DNA from: Stegostoma tigrinum
Lineage: Eukaryota
Reading direction: 5' to 3'
NCBI RefSeq assembly: GCF_030684315.1
Contig: NC_081373.1
Location: 24,529,989 to 24,593,988, forward strand
Length of the DNA stretch: 64,000 nt
Both the position numbers and the translations under genes were made by a program. The notes beneath the pieces are model-generated. The model saw only the letters and a program-made list of their open reading frames with translations, did no database searches and was not told the origin of the DNA. Shown one piece after another: positions 34,284 to 46,015 of this stretch. Numbering within the stretch: the stretch's first letter is position 1; every line of letters starts with the position of its first letter.

Positions 34284-36202
34284 TAATGGGAACTGCAGAT
34301 GCTGGAGATTCCAAGATAATAAAATGTGAGGCTGGATGAACACAGCAGGCCAAGCAGCATCTCAGGAGCACAAAAGCTGACGTTTCGGGCCTAGACCCTT
34401 CATCAGAGAGGGGGATGGGGGGAGGGAACTGGAATAAATAGGGAGAGAGGAGGAGGCGGACCGAAGATGGAGAGTAAAGAAGATAGGTGGAGAGGGTGTA
34501 GGTGGGGAGGTAGGGAGGGGATAGGTCAGTCCAGGGAAGACGGACAGGTCAAGGAGGTGGGATGAGGTTAGTAGGTAGCTGGGGGTGCGGCTTGGGGTGG
34601 GAGGAAGGGATGGGTGAGAGGAAGAACAGGTGAGGGAGGCAGAGACAGGTTGGACTGGTTTTGGGATGCATTGGGTGGGGGGGAAGAGCTGGGCTGGTTG
34701 TGTGGTGCAGTGGGGGGAGGGGATGAACTGGGCTGGTTGAGGGATGCAGTGGGGGAAGGGGAGATTTTGAAACTGGTGAAGTCCACATTGATACCATATG
34801 GCTGCAGGGTTCCCAGGCGGAATATGAGTTGCTGTTCCTGCAACCTTCGGGTGGCATCATTGTGGCAGTGCAGGAGGCCCATGATGGACATGTCATCAAG
34901 AGAATGGGAGGGGGAGTGGAAATGGTTTGCGACTGGGAGGTGCAGTTGTTTGTTGCGAACTGAGCGGAGGTGTTCTGCAAAGCGGTCCCCAAGCATCCGC
35001 TTGGTTTCCCCAATGTAGAGGAAGCCGCACCGGGTACAGTGGATGCAGTATACCACATTGGCAGATGTGCAGGTGAACCTCTGCTTAATGTGGAATGTCA
35101 TCTTGGGGCCTGGGATGGGGGTGAGGGAGGAGGTGTGGGGACAAGTGTAGCATTTCCTGCGGTTGCAGGGGAAGGTGCCGGGTGTGGTGGGGTTGGAGGG
35201 CAGTGTGGAGCGAACAAGGGAGTCACGGAGAGAGTGGTCTCTCCGGAAAGCAGACAGGGGAGGGGATGGAAAAATGTCTTGGGTGGTGGGGTCGGATTGT
35301 AAATGGCGGAAGTGTCGGAGGATAATGCGTTGTATCCGGAGGTTGGTAGGGTGGTGTGTGAGAACGAGGGGGATCCTCTTGGGGCGGTTGTGGCGGGGGC
35401 GGGGTGTGAGGGATGTGTCGCGGGAAATGCGGGAGACGCGGTCAAGGGCGTTCTCAATCACCGGGTACTGCATCCACTGTACCCGGTGCGGCTTCCTCTA
35501 CATTGGGGAAACCAAGCGGAGGCTTGGGGACCGCTTTGCAGAACACCTCCGCTCAGTTCGCAACAAACAACTGCACCTCCCAGTCGCAAACCATTTCCAC
35601 TCCCCCTCCCATTCTCTTGATGACATGTCCATCATGGGCCTCCTGCACTGCCACAATGATGCCACCCGAAGGTTGCAGGAACAGCAACTCATATTCCGCC
35701 TGGGAACCCTGCAGCCATATGGTATCAATGTGGACTTCACCAGTTTCAAAATCTCCCCTTCCCCCACTGCATCCCTAAACCAGCCCAGTTCATCCCCTCC
35801 CCCCACTGCACCACACAACCAGCCCAGCTCTTCCCCCCCACCCACTGCATCCCAAAACCAGTCCAACCTGTCTCTGCCTCCCTAACCGGTTCTTCCTCTC
35901 ACCCATCCCTTCCTCCCACCCCAAGCCGCACCCCCAGCTACCTACTAACCTCATCCCACCTCCTTGACCTGTCCGTCTTCCCTGGACTGACCTATCCCCT
36001 CCCTACCTCCCCACCTACACCCTCTCCACCTATCTTCTTTACTCTCCATCTTCGGTCCGCCTCCCCCTCTCTCCCTATTTATTCCAGTTCCCTCCCCCCA
36101 TCCCCCTCTCTGATGAAGGGTCTAGGCCCGAAACGTCAGCTTTTGTGCTCCTGAGATGCTGCTTGGCCTGCTGTGTTCATCCAGCCTCACATTTTATTAT
36201 CC
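34284..36202. mobile_element. Largest two-armed PLE insertion (left arm tailed ~1.18 kb, right arm untailed ~0.74 kb)
   Basis: 14-bp TSD TGGAAACCAAGAGG at 34270-34283 and 36203-36216. Hammerheads at 34379-34406 (-) and 36110-36137 (+). Junction near 35460. Confidence 0.95.
34568..35462 (-). pseudogene. PLE polyprotein C-terminal fragment: Cys-rich linker + GIY-YIG endonuclease (Neptune-type)
   Basis: CNRRKCYTC Zn-finger linker, NVVYCIHCTRCGFLYIGETKR (GIY-YIG), DRFAEH, QEQ, GINV. Open frame but 5'-truncated. Confidence 0.9.
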
Positions 36203-36276
36203 TGGAAACCAAGAGGGATTGGATGAGGAATGGGTGACTAACAAAGATGAAGAACAGTGATCAACCAACATTGTAA

Positions 36277-36396
36277 GATAATAAAGTGTGAAGCTAGATG
36301 AACACAGCAGGCCAAGCAACATCTCCTGCTGTGTTCATCCAGCTTCACACTTTATTATCTGGGATTCTCTGGCATCTGCAGTTCCCATTGTCACTC
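36277..36396. mobile_element. 120-bp two-armed micro-PLE, both arms truncated before the hammerhead
   Basis: 17-bp TSD ATCAACCAACATTGTAA at 36260-36276 and 36397-36413. Tail on the right. Confidence 0.9.
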
Positions 36397-37159
36397 ATCA
36401 ACCAACATTGTAATAACTTCACCACCCCTCACCCCACAATGAAATGTAAGGAAGTTGAAAGGAATGGCTATGAAATGCAAACATTCAAAGTGATTGTGTA
36501 TTTTCCAGTGTTAATGGGCTTTTTCTCCCTTCAACAATGGAGAGATGATTGTTGTTTACTTCGGTCATTCAGATTCTGAAACAAATGTGCATCAATTAAC
36601 CATAGTTTAAAACCCATGGCAGAATTGATGGGACTAAATCCTGTTCCATTATTTGCAACTTTGTTCTGAATTAGAAGGCATGCTTCCTGTGGACTCTGTG
36701 CCCAACAGTAGCATCAAATTGCAGAATCACTGACGGTCTTTCTCTCTAGTTTTATCTCATTTTTGCTCCTGAATGCTCCTGAATTGGAGAAGAAGTACCA
36801 TAAAGGCGAGCGACTGTGTGAATAACAGAAATTTGTGGAAGATTTGAGGGCAAAGTAGTTATTTTAAGTTAAAAGTCCCTCATTATCCAGACAGAAAAAT
36901 TAATCAAAGTCAACATGATGATTGGACTGTTGCATTATTTAAAACTATTCCTGCACTGATAAACTCAAGAAAGTCAGTCTTTGCAAGGAGTTAGCAGGGA
37001 TGATAACAGATGATAAATTCTGCGTAGCATAACTGGAAATTGTTTGTGAATTTTTTTCTAACCATCCCTCCCGACCCAATAAAAATATCCAAATTAATTA
37101 TTTAGACATCGACCTTAAAAGCATTTCAGCATGTTCTACACTGGGCCATCAGCAAATTA

Positions 37160-37322
37160 GAACAGAAATCGCTGGAAAGGCTCAGCAGGTCTTGCAGCAT
37201 CCGTGGAGATAAAGCAGAGTTAGTGTTTCAGATCAAGTGACCCTTCCTCAGTTCTGAGCTTTTCCAGCAACTTCTGATTTTGTTTCTAATTTACAGCTTC
37301 TGCAGTTCTTTTGGGTATTTTC
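37160..37322. mobile_element. Two-armed mini-element of the older, second hammerhead-bearing family
   Basis: Inverted arms, right arm extended about 35 nt. TSD CCAT(C/T)AGCAAATTA at 37146-37159 and 37323-37336. Confidence 0.75.
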
Positions 37323-37366
37323 CCATTAGCAAATTAATTTGTTTGCCAGCCATCCTTTACATTTTT

Positions 37367-37680
37367 GACAATAAAATGTGAGGCTGGATGAACACAGCAG
37401 GCCCAGCAGCATCTCAGGAGCACAAAAGCTGACGTTTCAGGCCTAGACCCTTCATCAGAGAGGGGGATGGGGTGAGGGTTCTGGAATAAATAGGGAGAGA
37501 GGGGGAGGCAGACCGAAGAAGGAGAGAAAAGAAGTACAAGAGAGTTGCAGTGGGAGAGAGATTCCCTGAGGTTGGTCCGGAGGGAGGAGGGTAACTTCTT
37601 CAGGTTAGGCATCCCTGGAAGATGCTTCGCAGTGAGGTTAAAATTGTATCAGTGATAATGGGAACTGCAGATGCTGGAGA
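37367..37680 (-). mobile_element. Permuted, internally deleted PLE: tail, 5' leader and probable ORF start fused to 3' UTR
   Basis: TSD ACATTTTTGA at 37359-37368 and 37680-37689. Unique segment 37535-37650 follows the tail and contains ATG (MPNLKKLPSSLRTNLRESLSHCNS). Confidence 0.8.
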
Positions 37681-39864
37681 CATTTTTGATCTATTTTTCA
37701 GTCTGAACTGTTTAGATTATGAAAGACCTTAGTCAAAATTCATTTGTCTGGATTATGATTGACAAACATAGCAGTGGTGGAGTCAGTAAAGCACAGAAAA
37801 AGGCCATTCATCCCATTGACTCCATGTCAGTTCTTTGTAGACCAATCCATTCAACCTCATTCCCTGACTCTTACTGTCATATTATACCAAATGTTATCCA
37901 TATCTCCAAGTGGAAGTGAGGACTGGTCAAGGAAGAATTAAATATGCGAAGTGCTTAATTTTCTTTATAAAGGTGCCAGAGAGAAGACAAACCAAATTAA
38001 TTTCAGTGGCAAAAGATTAAAACTAAACTGCAAAAGAAGACTGGAGAAGGAAAATAAATTGTGAAAAGTGGCAGAATTGGAAAAAGTTTAAACGTCAGAA
38101 ATGTTTCCATGAGGCAAGTAACTGAGGGTGAATTCTGTTAGATTTGCCATTGTATAATTGGTTAGCCCAGTGCTTTATAAAAGAATGCCAAATATCTTTG
38201 ATAAACATTTCAAACAAGCTCCACTTAAGTGCCACTTTCAGTGCCAGAAGAAGAAGAAAAAGCAGCTTTTGATGAAATAAATTCCGTTTGGTTACGTTTC
38301 TGCTTCAATACCAACCAGCAGAGGGGAAAAAAATATGGCAAAAGTCATAATAAAACAGGAATGAGATCATTTTTCTGGGGTCTGGCTATTTTGAGCAGCC
38401 TGCAACAAGCAATGTATTTATCTAGGTTTCTATGACCCTTTTCAGGCACTCTGTCAGTGAGCTTAAATTGAGCAGCCAGGCCGGGAGAAAGTTGGAGTCT
38501 GCTCCAGGCCTTGTTGGTCCACAGGGACTAGGAGAATTATTGTTGGCAAGCCTGGCTGGCTCCAGAAGTTGATCCAGTGCCCCCCCACCCCCACTGCCTC
38601 CACCACTTACTGATGCAGCAGCAGGCCAGGCTAGGAATGTCCTTCTAACTTAATTACAGTTCGTGTTGATTGGCTGCTGGAGGTGGCCTTGTTACAAATG
38701 TTGAAATCTCTGGTGAACAAGGGTTACTATTCAAAGAACAAGCTGGAGTCTCACAGCCCATCCATAAACTCCATCATCTGGGCCAACCAGAATCACGCAC
38801 TTTCTTGAAGCTGCCACCTGCATGGTCTTGTTGAGCGAAGTGTTGTTATTGGAGGAAGCAGTGAAGTAAAACAGTTGAAAGTGTTATTAAATGCAGGGTA
38901 AAGTAGGAGCTGAACCATAAAAGGAAAGCATTAAAATAAAGGCTTTTGATGGATAAGAGCTAAAATTACATTACCAACTAAATAATATTAAGGGAGGGCT
39001 GTTGCTCTAATATTGCATCTGTAAGTGAAGCTGAAATATAAGGAGTGATTTTTCAGCGTTCTATGCCCATAAGTGTTCCAAATGCAAGAAATTTGAACCC
39101 ATAACTCCCTCTATCTGATTATCGTCCCTTTCTGCCTCCTCACATTTCATATTGGACGAACTGTACCTGAGAATAAATATTGTATTGTATTAAATCACAT
39201 ATAAGTATGGCTGGCACTGTCCACTCATCTGTGCAGCCAGTTTTCCCCCCATTTTATGCTGGTTACAGGTGAGTAACAATTGAAAACAGTAAGCAGGTGC
39301 TGCAGTGACAAAGTACCAGGAAATAACCTCCCAATCCTGCATGGACAGCTGGTTTGAGCTCCTAAGTATCATCCTTTGTTTCCTTCCTGTTCCTTACTTC
39401 ATCATTTGTCTTGTGACCAAAAATATTTACAGAATTTCATTTTGTTTTCAATAGAGTTCTAGGATGGCTGATTATTGCTGGGAATGAATGTCTAAATAGG
39501 AAACACAGATCTGAGCTTTACTAGGTTAAGGATTTAAATTTTCAGGCAAATTTCTTCAGCCAGTATTTTCATTCAGCATCAGATGGGTCTATGTGCAAGA
39601 GGTTTGTTAATGGATGACGTTTTGCTGTATCTTATTAACTTAAGCAATAGTGTTATCCACAAAGATGCAGTGCTTTTCTTTATGGGTAGGATTGGTGATT
39701 TTTACTGGCTCTACCTTAATGTTGCCTTTATCTGATTCCCTAATTGTGATGACATTGTCCACTCAACTCAAATTCTGACTGAGCCAGAATTTTCTCCATT
39801 TCAGCTGTTACAAAGCAAAGGCAACCCATGTTCTCTCTTGCCAGGAATTTTCCATTTCATACCC

Positions 39865-40212
39865 TTTACTCATTCCAGGGATGACAGCGTCGCTGCTAGG
39901 TGGCTTTTGTTGCCCATCCCTATTTGCCCAGAGGGCAGTTATGAATCAACCACATTGCTGTTGGTCTGGAGTCACATGTAGGCCAGACCAGGTAAGGATG
40001 GAAAATTTCCTTCCCTAAAGGACATTAGTGAACCAGATGGGTTTTTCTGACAATCCACAATGGATTCATGGTCATCATTAGATTCTTAATTCCAGAAATT
40101 TTATTGGGTTCAAATTCCACCATCTGCCATTGTGAGATTTGAACCTGGGTCCCCAGAACATTATCTGGGTCTCTGGATTAACAGTCCAGTGATAATACCA
40201 CTAGGCCTCCCC
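39865..40212 (-). mobile_element. tRNA-derived SINE, near full length
   Basis: Head ggggaggcctagtggtattatcactggac...gacccaggttcaaatc. Same body as 18213-18670. Confidence 0.8.
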
Positions 40213-41009
40213 ATGGTTGATTAATTCATTGATTCCAGTGCCTTCCTTTCTATTGGTTCAAATGGAACTAATAGACATGCTTTCTCACCTTGTCCAATGC
40301 AGAACCAAGATTCAGATTCCATATACAGATCACCACACAATACCCAGATCCTCACCTCCCCTCATCATGCTCTCACCAAGCTTATCGATAACCCTCAACC
40401 TTACCATGTCATCAGTCTCCAGGTACACTTTCTCAAGTGTGCTCCTTGCACACTTGCTACTTTCTTAGCTCTACTTGACACAAGGTACAACTCAATGAAA
40501 GTTTGGTAAGCCCATCCCATTCCACGTAGAGTTTTCCAATGAATCTTTGGAGCCCAGCATTCTATTTCCAGACAGCTCAGATTCAGGCATTCCCCTTCAT
40601 GCCAGTGTTGGCATGACCACTAGGAAAATTGAACTTTTAGCATACAGTCTCATGAGAACAAAAATGCTGGAAGATCAAAAGAGAAAACTGTGAAAATGTT
40701 CAAAAAGTACCTAAAATGTTGCAGATTCAATTATTCATGCACATTCTAAATCAGCTAATTCGCTGGTAAGACACACATTTCTCATGGTGGCATTTAGAAA
40801 CAGGCCAGATCACAGATAGGGTAACTTGGAACTTCTCAGTTTATCCAAAAATGTGAATATTTGTGGTACTGACAGTTGGTTTGTAATATCACATTCCCAT
40901 TTTGTACATTTAATTCATTCAATGCTATTTTTGAAGTATCTACCATGCCCACTGAAATTGGCATGTGCTTATAAATGCCATAAAATCTCCAGCAGGATTT
41001 TTATCAAAT

Positions 41010-41410
41010 TCTTTCAGGATGCAAGCATTGTTTATGCCAGCATTAACTGTGCATCCCTAACTTCCCTTGAGAAGATAGTGGTGAGTTGCCATCTTGAAAC
41101 ACTGGAATCCATCTGAAGTAGTGACACCCACACAACTGTTGAGGAGGTAGTTCCAGGATTATGACCTAGTGATAGTGAAGGAATGGAGGTATATTTCAAA
41201 GCCAGGATACAGTGTAGCTAGGAGTGTAGCGTTCTCATGTGTCTGATGTCGTTGTCCTTCTAGGTGGTAGATGTTGTGGTTTTGAAAGGTGCTGTTGGAG
41301 GAACACAGGTGAGTTGCTGTAGTATATCCTGTAGTTGGGGCTCATTGCTGCCAGTGTGTGTGGAGGGTGTGAATGTTTAAGGCGTTGGAGGGAGTGTCAA
41401 TATTCACTCC
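41010..41410 (-). mobile_element. LINE 3' end (second family)
   Basis: Homologous to 13680-13970. Confidence 0.6.
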
Positions 41411-41707
41411 ATCTGAGCAACCTACAAATGCATTTTTCAACAACTTTGGCACTGCATTCACCAATCATAAATTGGTTGCAGAAGTCCTGAACAGGAACAA
41501 TAGGAAGGGCTCCATTCTGAGTAGTAATTGAAGGTACTAGCACATTTTCTCTAGGTAACCCACTCCTCATTTACATGTGCTGCCAATGTGCTATTTCGGA
41601 GGCAGTTAGCCTGCTAGAACTGACAGTAATTCTTGATGAAAGTAATTCAGTTAGTCAGTAATGAGATTGCAAACCAGCATTTCTGGCAAAACTGTATTAT
41701 TTGAATG

Positions 41708-41862
41708 AGAGATAATGGGAACTGCAGATGCTGGAGAAATTCCAAGATAATAAAATGTGAGGCTGGATGAACACAGCAGGCCAAGCAGCATCTCAAGAGC
41801 ACAAAAGCTCCTGAGATGCTGCTTGGCCTGCTGTGTTCATCCAGCCTCACATTTTATTATCT
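41708..41862. mobile_element. Two-armed micro-PLE, tail on the left
   Basis: 15-bp TSD TGTATTATTTGAATG at 41693-41707 and 41863-41877. Arms join at GCT microhomology. Confidence 0.92.
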
Positions 41863-42849
41863 TGTATTATTTGAATGGTTTTGTGCTTCCACAGTTATTG
41901 CATCTGCAAAACATTAGGAGGGAGAGAAGGTTAGATTCCAGGTACCAGCAATGTGGCAGTGTAATGGACAAGACCAGAATCTCTTCCTTGCAGTTCACAG
42001 AGCAGTGGTATGAGAGGAGATTTCCTTTACCAGGGGAGACCTAGTACTTGTTATAACTGCACTTCTCCCTAATGAAGTGCTCGTAGGGCTGAGTGGTTGC
42101 AACTTATACCCAGGGCAGCAACAGGATGAGATTCAGTTATGGTCATACACCACCCTGATGCTAATTGGCCAGAATTCTGGAAAGACCTTAATTCTAGCAG
42201 GACACTCCGGGATTAAGGGAAACACAGATCAATTGACACTTCTAATATTTGTGACACAGTCTCTGTTTCTGCCGGTGTGAGCCTCGCAATAATAAGCCCT
42301 ATAAATAATTGTCAGGAGATAGACAATCCCAGCAATCGTTGTAAGAGCTGGATGGAGCTGTATGGGTCCGGTTTTTTAAAACCGAAGGAATTAATTAATT
42401 GTTGCTGGAGGTTCTGTGCACATTGTATTTTGCTCTAAAGCTCTGTTTCCTTCTAGTCCCAGTTGACACCAATACACCTTCCACTTAGGGTGCTGCAAGA
42501 GGCCTGACAATCCAGTTATGTTGTACAATTGCTTGTCTCCACATTGTGTATGGCCGTTGGAAAGCATGCATGCACTGCTAGTCGACCCTATTTGAAGCAA
42601 TGAATATTCTTTTATGTATGCTTTTTCCTATGTGCTGAAGTTAAATTCACTGAACTCTGGTATCATCATTAACATATTCTATTATTTCTTCCCAATAGGT
42701 AAAACAGCCAATGTGACTTCCTGGGGTGTAAGAAATATTTTTAAAGTAATTAGTGAACCACTATTTATGAATTGATTGTAAAAATGCACCCTACTTGATA
42801 AGATATGAATTAATTTATTACTTATCATTTTATTGAAGCACTTTATAAT

Positions 42850-43820
42850 GGGGAGATGGTCGTATGGTGGGAATGTCACTGGACTAGTAACTAGAACTCT
42901 GGGCTAATGCTTTGGAGCTATAGATTCAAATCCCACCATAACTGATGATGTTATTTGAATTCAATTTTTTTTAAAGTAATTGCAGGAGGTGAAGGCCTAG
43001 TGGTATTATCACTGGACTATTAATCCAGAGACCCAAAGTTTTCTGGGGACCCAGGATCAATCCCAAATGGAGGAATTTGAATTCATTAGAAAAATCTAGA
43101 ATTAAGAGTCTAATGATGACCATGAATCCACTGTTGATTGTTGGTAAACGCATCCAGTTCACTAATGTCCTTTAGGGAAGGAAACTGCTGTCCTCACCTG
43201 GTTTGGCTTAATCATAGAATAGAATCTCTATAGTCTGTGAACAGGCCATTCAGCCCCTGAAGTCCATACCGACCCTCTGAAGGGCATTCCACCCAGACCC
43301 ACCCCTCTACCCTATCTCTATATCCTTGTATTTTCCATGAATAGCCTGCTTAGTTTACTTACCTTTAGGCTGTGGGAGGAAACCAGAGGAAACCCAAGCA
43401 GACATGGGAAAAGTGTGTAAACTTCACTCAGGCATTCGCCTGAGGGTGGAATGGAACTTTGGTCACTGGCGCTGTGATGCAGCTGTGCTAACCACTTACA
43501 TGTGACTCTAGATCCACAGCAATGTGGTTGGCTTTTAACTACCGTCTGGGTGATTAGGGACAGACATTAAACGGTGGCCTCGTGAGTGGCACCCTCATCC
43601 CCCGAAAGAATTTCTTAAAAGATTAAAAATTGGCCTCATGGTGACCATGTAACTGTTCACTAATGATTTTCAGGAAAGGCAGTCTGCCACCCTTTCCTGG
43701 CCTGGCCTACATGTGACATAATACCCACAGCAATGTTAATTCTAATTCACTCTCTGAAGGGTTGATAAGGGATGTGCTGCAAATATTAGCCTTTCCAGTG
43801 GCACATGATTACCACACAAG
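42850..43820 (+). mobile_element. Cluster of tRNA-SINE copies (42850-42965, 42985-43605, 43625-43820), one interrupted by an HE1-type SINE
   Basis: Same family as 18213-18670. Confidence 0.7.
43212..43496 (-). mobile_element. HE1-type V-SINE nested in another SINE
   Basis: tRNA head and central domain matching 61264-61554. Confidence 0.75.
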
Positions 43821-43894
43821 AATAAGAAAAAGTTTATTTTAAGAACTTGTGGCTTGATGAAGTCTGGTCGTGTTTTGGATTCTATGATTCAGGA

Positions 43895-44245
43895 TCCTGA
43901 TATGTGGACGCTGGGAAGTTGTTTCCGTTAGGCGGGAAGACTAGGACCCGTGGGCACAGCCTTAGAATTAGAGGGGGTAAATTTAGAACGGAAATGAGGA
44001 GACATTTCTTCAGCCAGAGAGTGGTGGGCCTGTGGAATTCATTGCCACGGAACGCAGTGGAGGCTGGGATGTTAAATGTCTTCAAGGCAGAGATTGATAA
44101 ATTTTTGATCTCACAGAGAACTAAGGACTACGGGGAGAATGCAGGGAAGTGGAGTTGAAATGCCCATCAGCCATGATTAAATGGCAGAGTGGTATTGATG
44201 GGCTGAATGACCTCACTTCCACTCCTACATCTTATGGTCTTATGT
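43895..44245 (+). mobile_element. CR1 3' end
   Basis: TRGHSLRIRGGKFRTEMRRHFFSQRVVGLWNSLP. Confidence 0.88.
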
Positions 44246-44329
44246 GGCAGGCACATGCTACATATTTTCCTCGGAAAAACAGAAGCAACATAAAAAACAT
44301 AATAGACAACGACCCATAGATATCTAGTT

Positions 44330-44542
44330 ATAACAAAGTGTGAAGCTGGATGAACACAGGCCAAGCAGCATCTTAGGAGCACAAAAGCTGACATTTCAGG
44401 CCTAGACCCTTCATCAGAAAAGGGTCTAGGCCCAAAACGTCACCTTTTGTGCTCCTAAGATGTTGCTTGGTCTGCTGTGTTCATCCAGCTTCACACTTTG
44501 TTATCTCGGATTCTCCAGCATCTGCAGTTCCCATTATCCCAG
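44330..44542. mobile_element. Two-armed mini-PLE, tail on the right
   Basis: Imperfect TSD ATCT(A/T)GTTATAA at 44322-44333 and 44543-44554. Confidence 0.88.
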
Positions 44543-45235
44543 ATCTTGTTATAAGTTTGTAAATAATTCTATCACTCCCTGAAGGTCAAATTCCTAAAGC
44601 ATTTTATATTTTTAAAATCACAATATTCAAAAAATGTTAATGTTCTTCTATATAAAGAGTTTTACAGTGCATTGATCAAGATAATCTGCTTAACCTATTA
44701 TCTAACACTCTTATCGACTGAGTCCATCATTCAGACAGGAGAATGAACTTCCCTGTAAAACCACGTCAAAGCCAATCTGTGAACCGACCCACTCTTTAAC
44801 ACAGATCACTTCAGTGTTCCTTTCAATGGAACAAGGACCTCCATATATTGTTCTTGACTTTTAAATGTTCTCATCCACTGCCAGTTGTGCTGGCTTCTGC
44901 TGTTGAAAGTCAGCGAGCCATGTGTGATGGGTCTCTGCTGATTTGAGTTCCCAGAGTGGAGCGGATTATATGCTGCATACAACCAGCGGCACGCGGGTCT
45001 GATAATCCAGCCTAAAGCAACTTTGAAAAATAATTTAAAGCCTTTGTTCAGTTCCCTTCTTCCTCCCTCAGATCATATCCTCTATCCCAAACTCACCAGG
45101 GGCCACTGTCAGAATTACAATGGCCTAAAATTGGTGCTATTGTGGGCTTACACCACCCAACTGAAAAAATAATTTGCTTATACTTATTTCAATTCAGCCT
45201 ACCTACTGCATGCCCTGTGCTCTGGACTGAGGAGG

Positions 45236-46015
45236 TCAGAAACAGACCAGGTAACTGCTCCACTCAATCTTCAAGGATGATTGGGCCTTCTGGTCTCTTA
45301 TCATTTTAAACCTCAGCCTCGATCCAACTCCGACTGTTCTGCTCATAGCCTGCTACAGTGTTCTGGGGCATGATCAAGAAACAACACTTTATCTTTCAAG
45401 TTGGCATCTACAGCCTCCTGGACTCAGCATCGAGTTTGACAACTTTAAAATAAAATGGAGGCGGAAGTTATCACCAGTGTAGCTTTTACTGTTTTTACCT
45501 CCATGTTGTTTTGGGTTGGGCTTTATCAGTGTCGCATTCGAATGGTTTTCATGTGGCAATTAACTCTTCATTTGCAGAGAACCTTATCTCTCTCCCTACT
45601 GATACCAAATACTGCAATCTAATGAAGAGTTATCTAGACTGAAAAGTAGGATGCTGCCTGACAAGCTGTCATCTCCAGCAGTTTTTGTTTTCAGCACAGA
45701 TTCCAATATCTGCAATAATTTGATCCTACTTTGTTGCTGCTACACTCATTGGCAGTTGCAACATTAAATCTCTTGTTATTTAATCTCTCCAGACTGCCAC
45801 CCTAACACAAATATTCCCCTTTGTTTTTCTTGCACTCTCATCCTATCCACTAGTTGAAAAACCCCTACAACTCTATTCCTCTTCAGTTCTGATGAAAGGT
45901 CATCAACCTGAAATATTAATTCTGTTTTTCTCTTCACAGATGCTGCCTGAATTGCTGAGGTTTATGAGTTTTATTTGTTCTTGTGTCAGATTTCTGGAAT
46001 CTTCAGCATTTTGCC
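45236..46015 (+). mobile_element. Ancient PLE remnants: decayed GIY-YIG C-terminus plus two hammerhead-bearing termini
   Basis: gaaacaacactttatctttcaagttggcatctacagcctcctggactcagcatcgagttt resembles EQHLIFRLGTLQPxGLNIEF. CTGATGA-A-AGGT..ACCT-GAAATATT at 45889. Confidence 0.6.

Noticed and set aside
35163-35885. 240-aa ORF that looks like a novel fusion protein; similar cases at 3203-3976, 21084-21521 and 21423-21719
   Set aside because: By-product of the arm-arm junction: antisense PLE sequence fused in frame to the GIY-YIG C-terminus. No evidence of expression.
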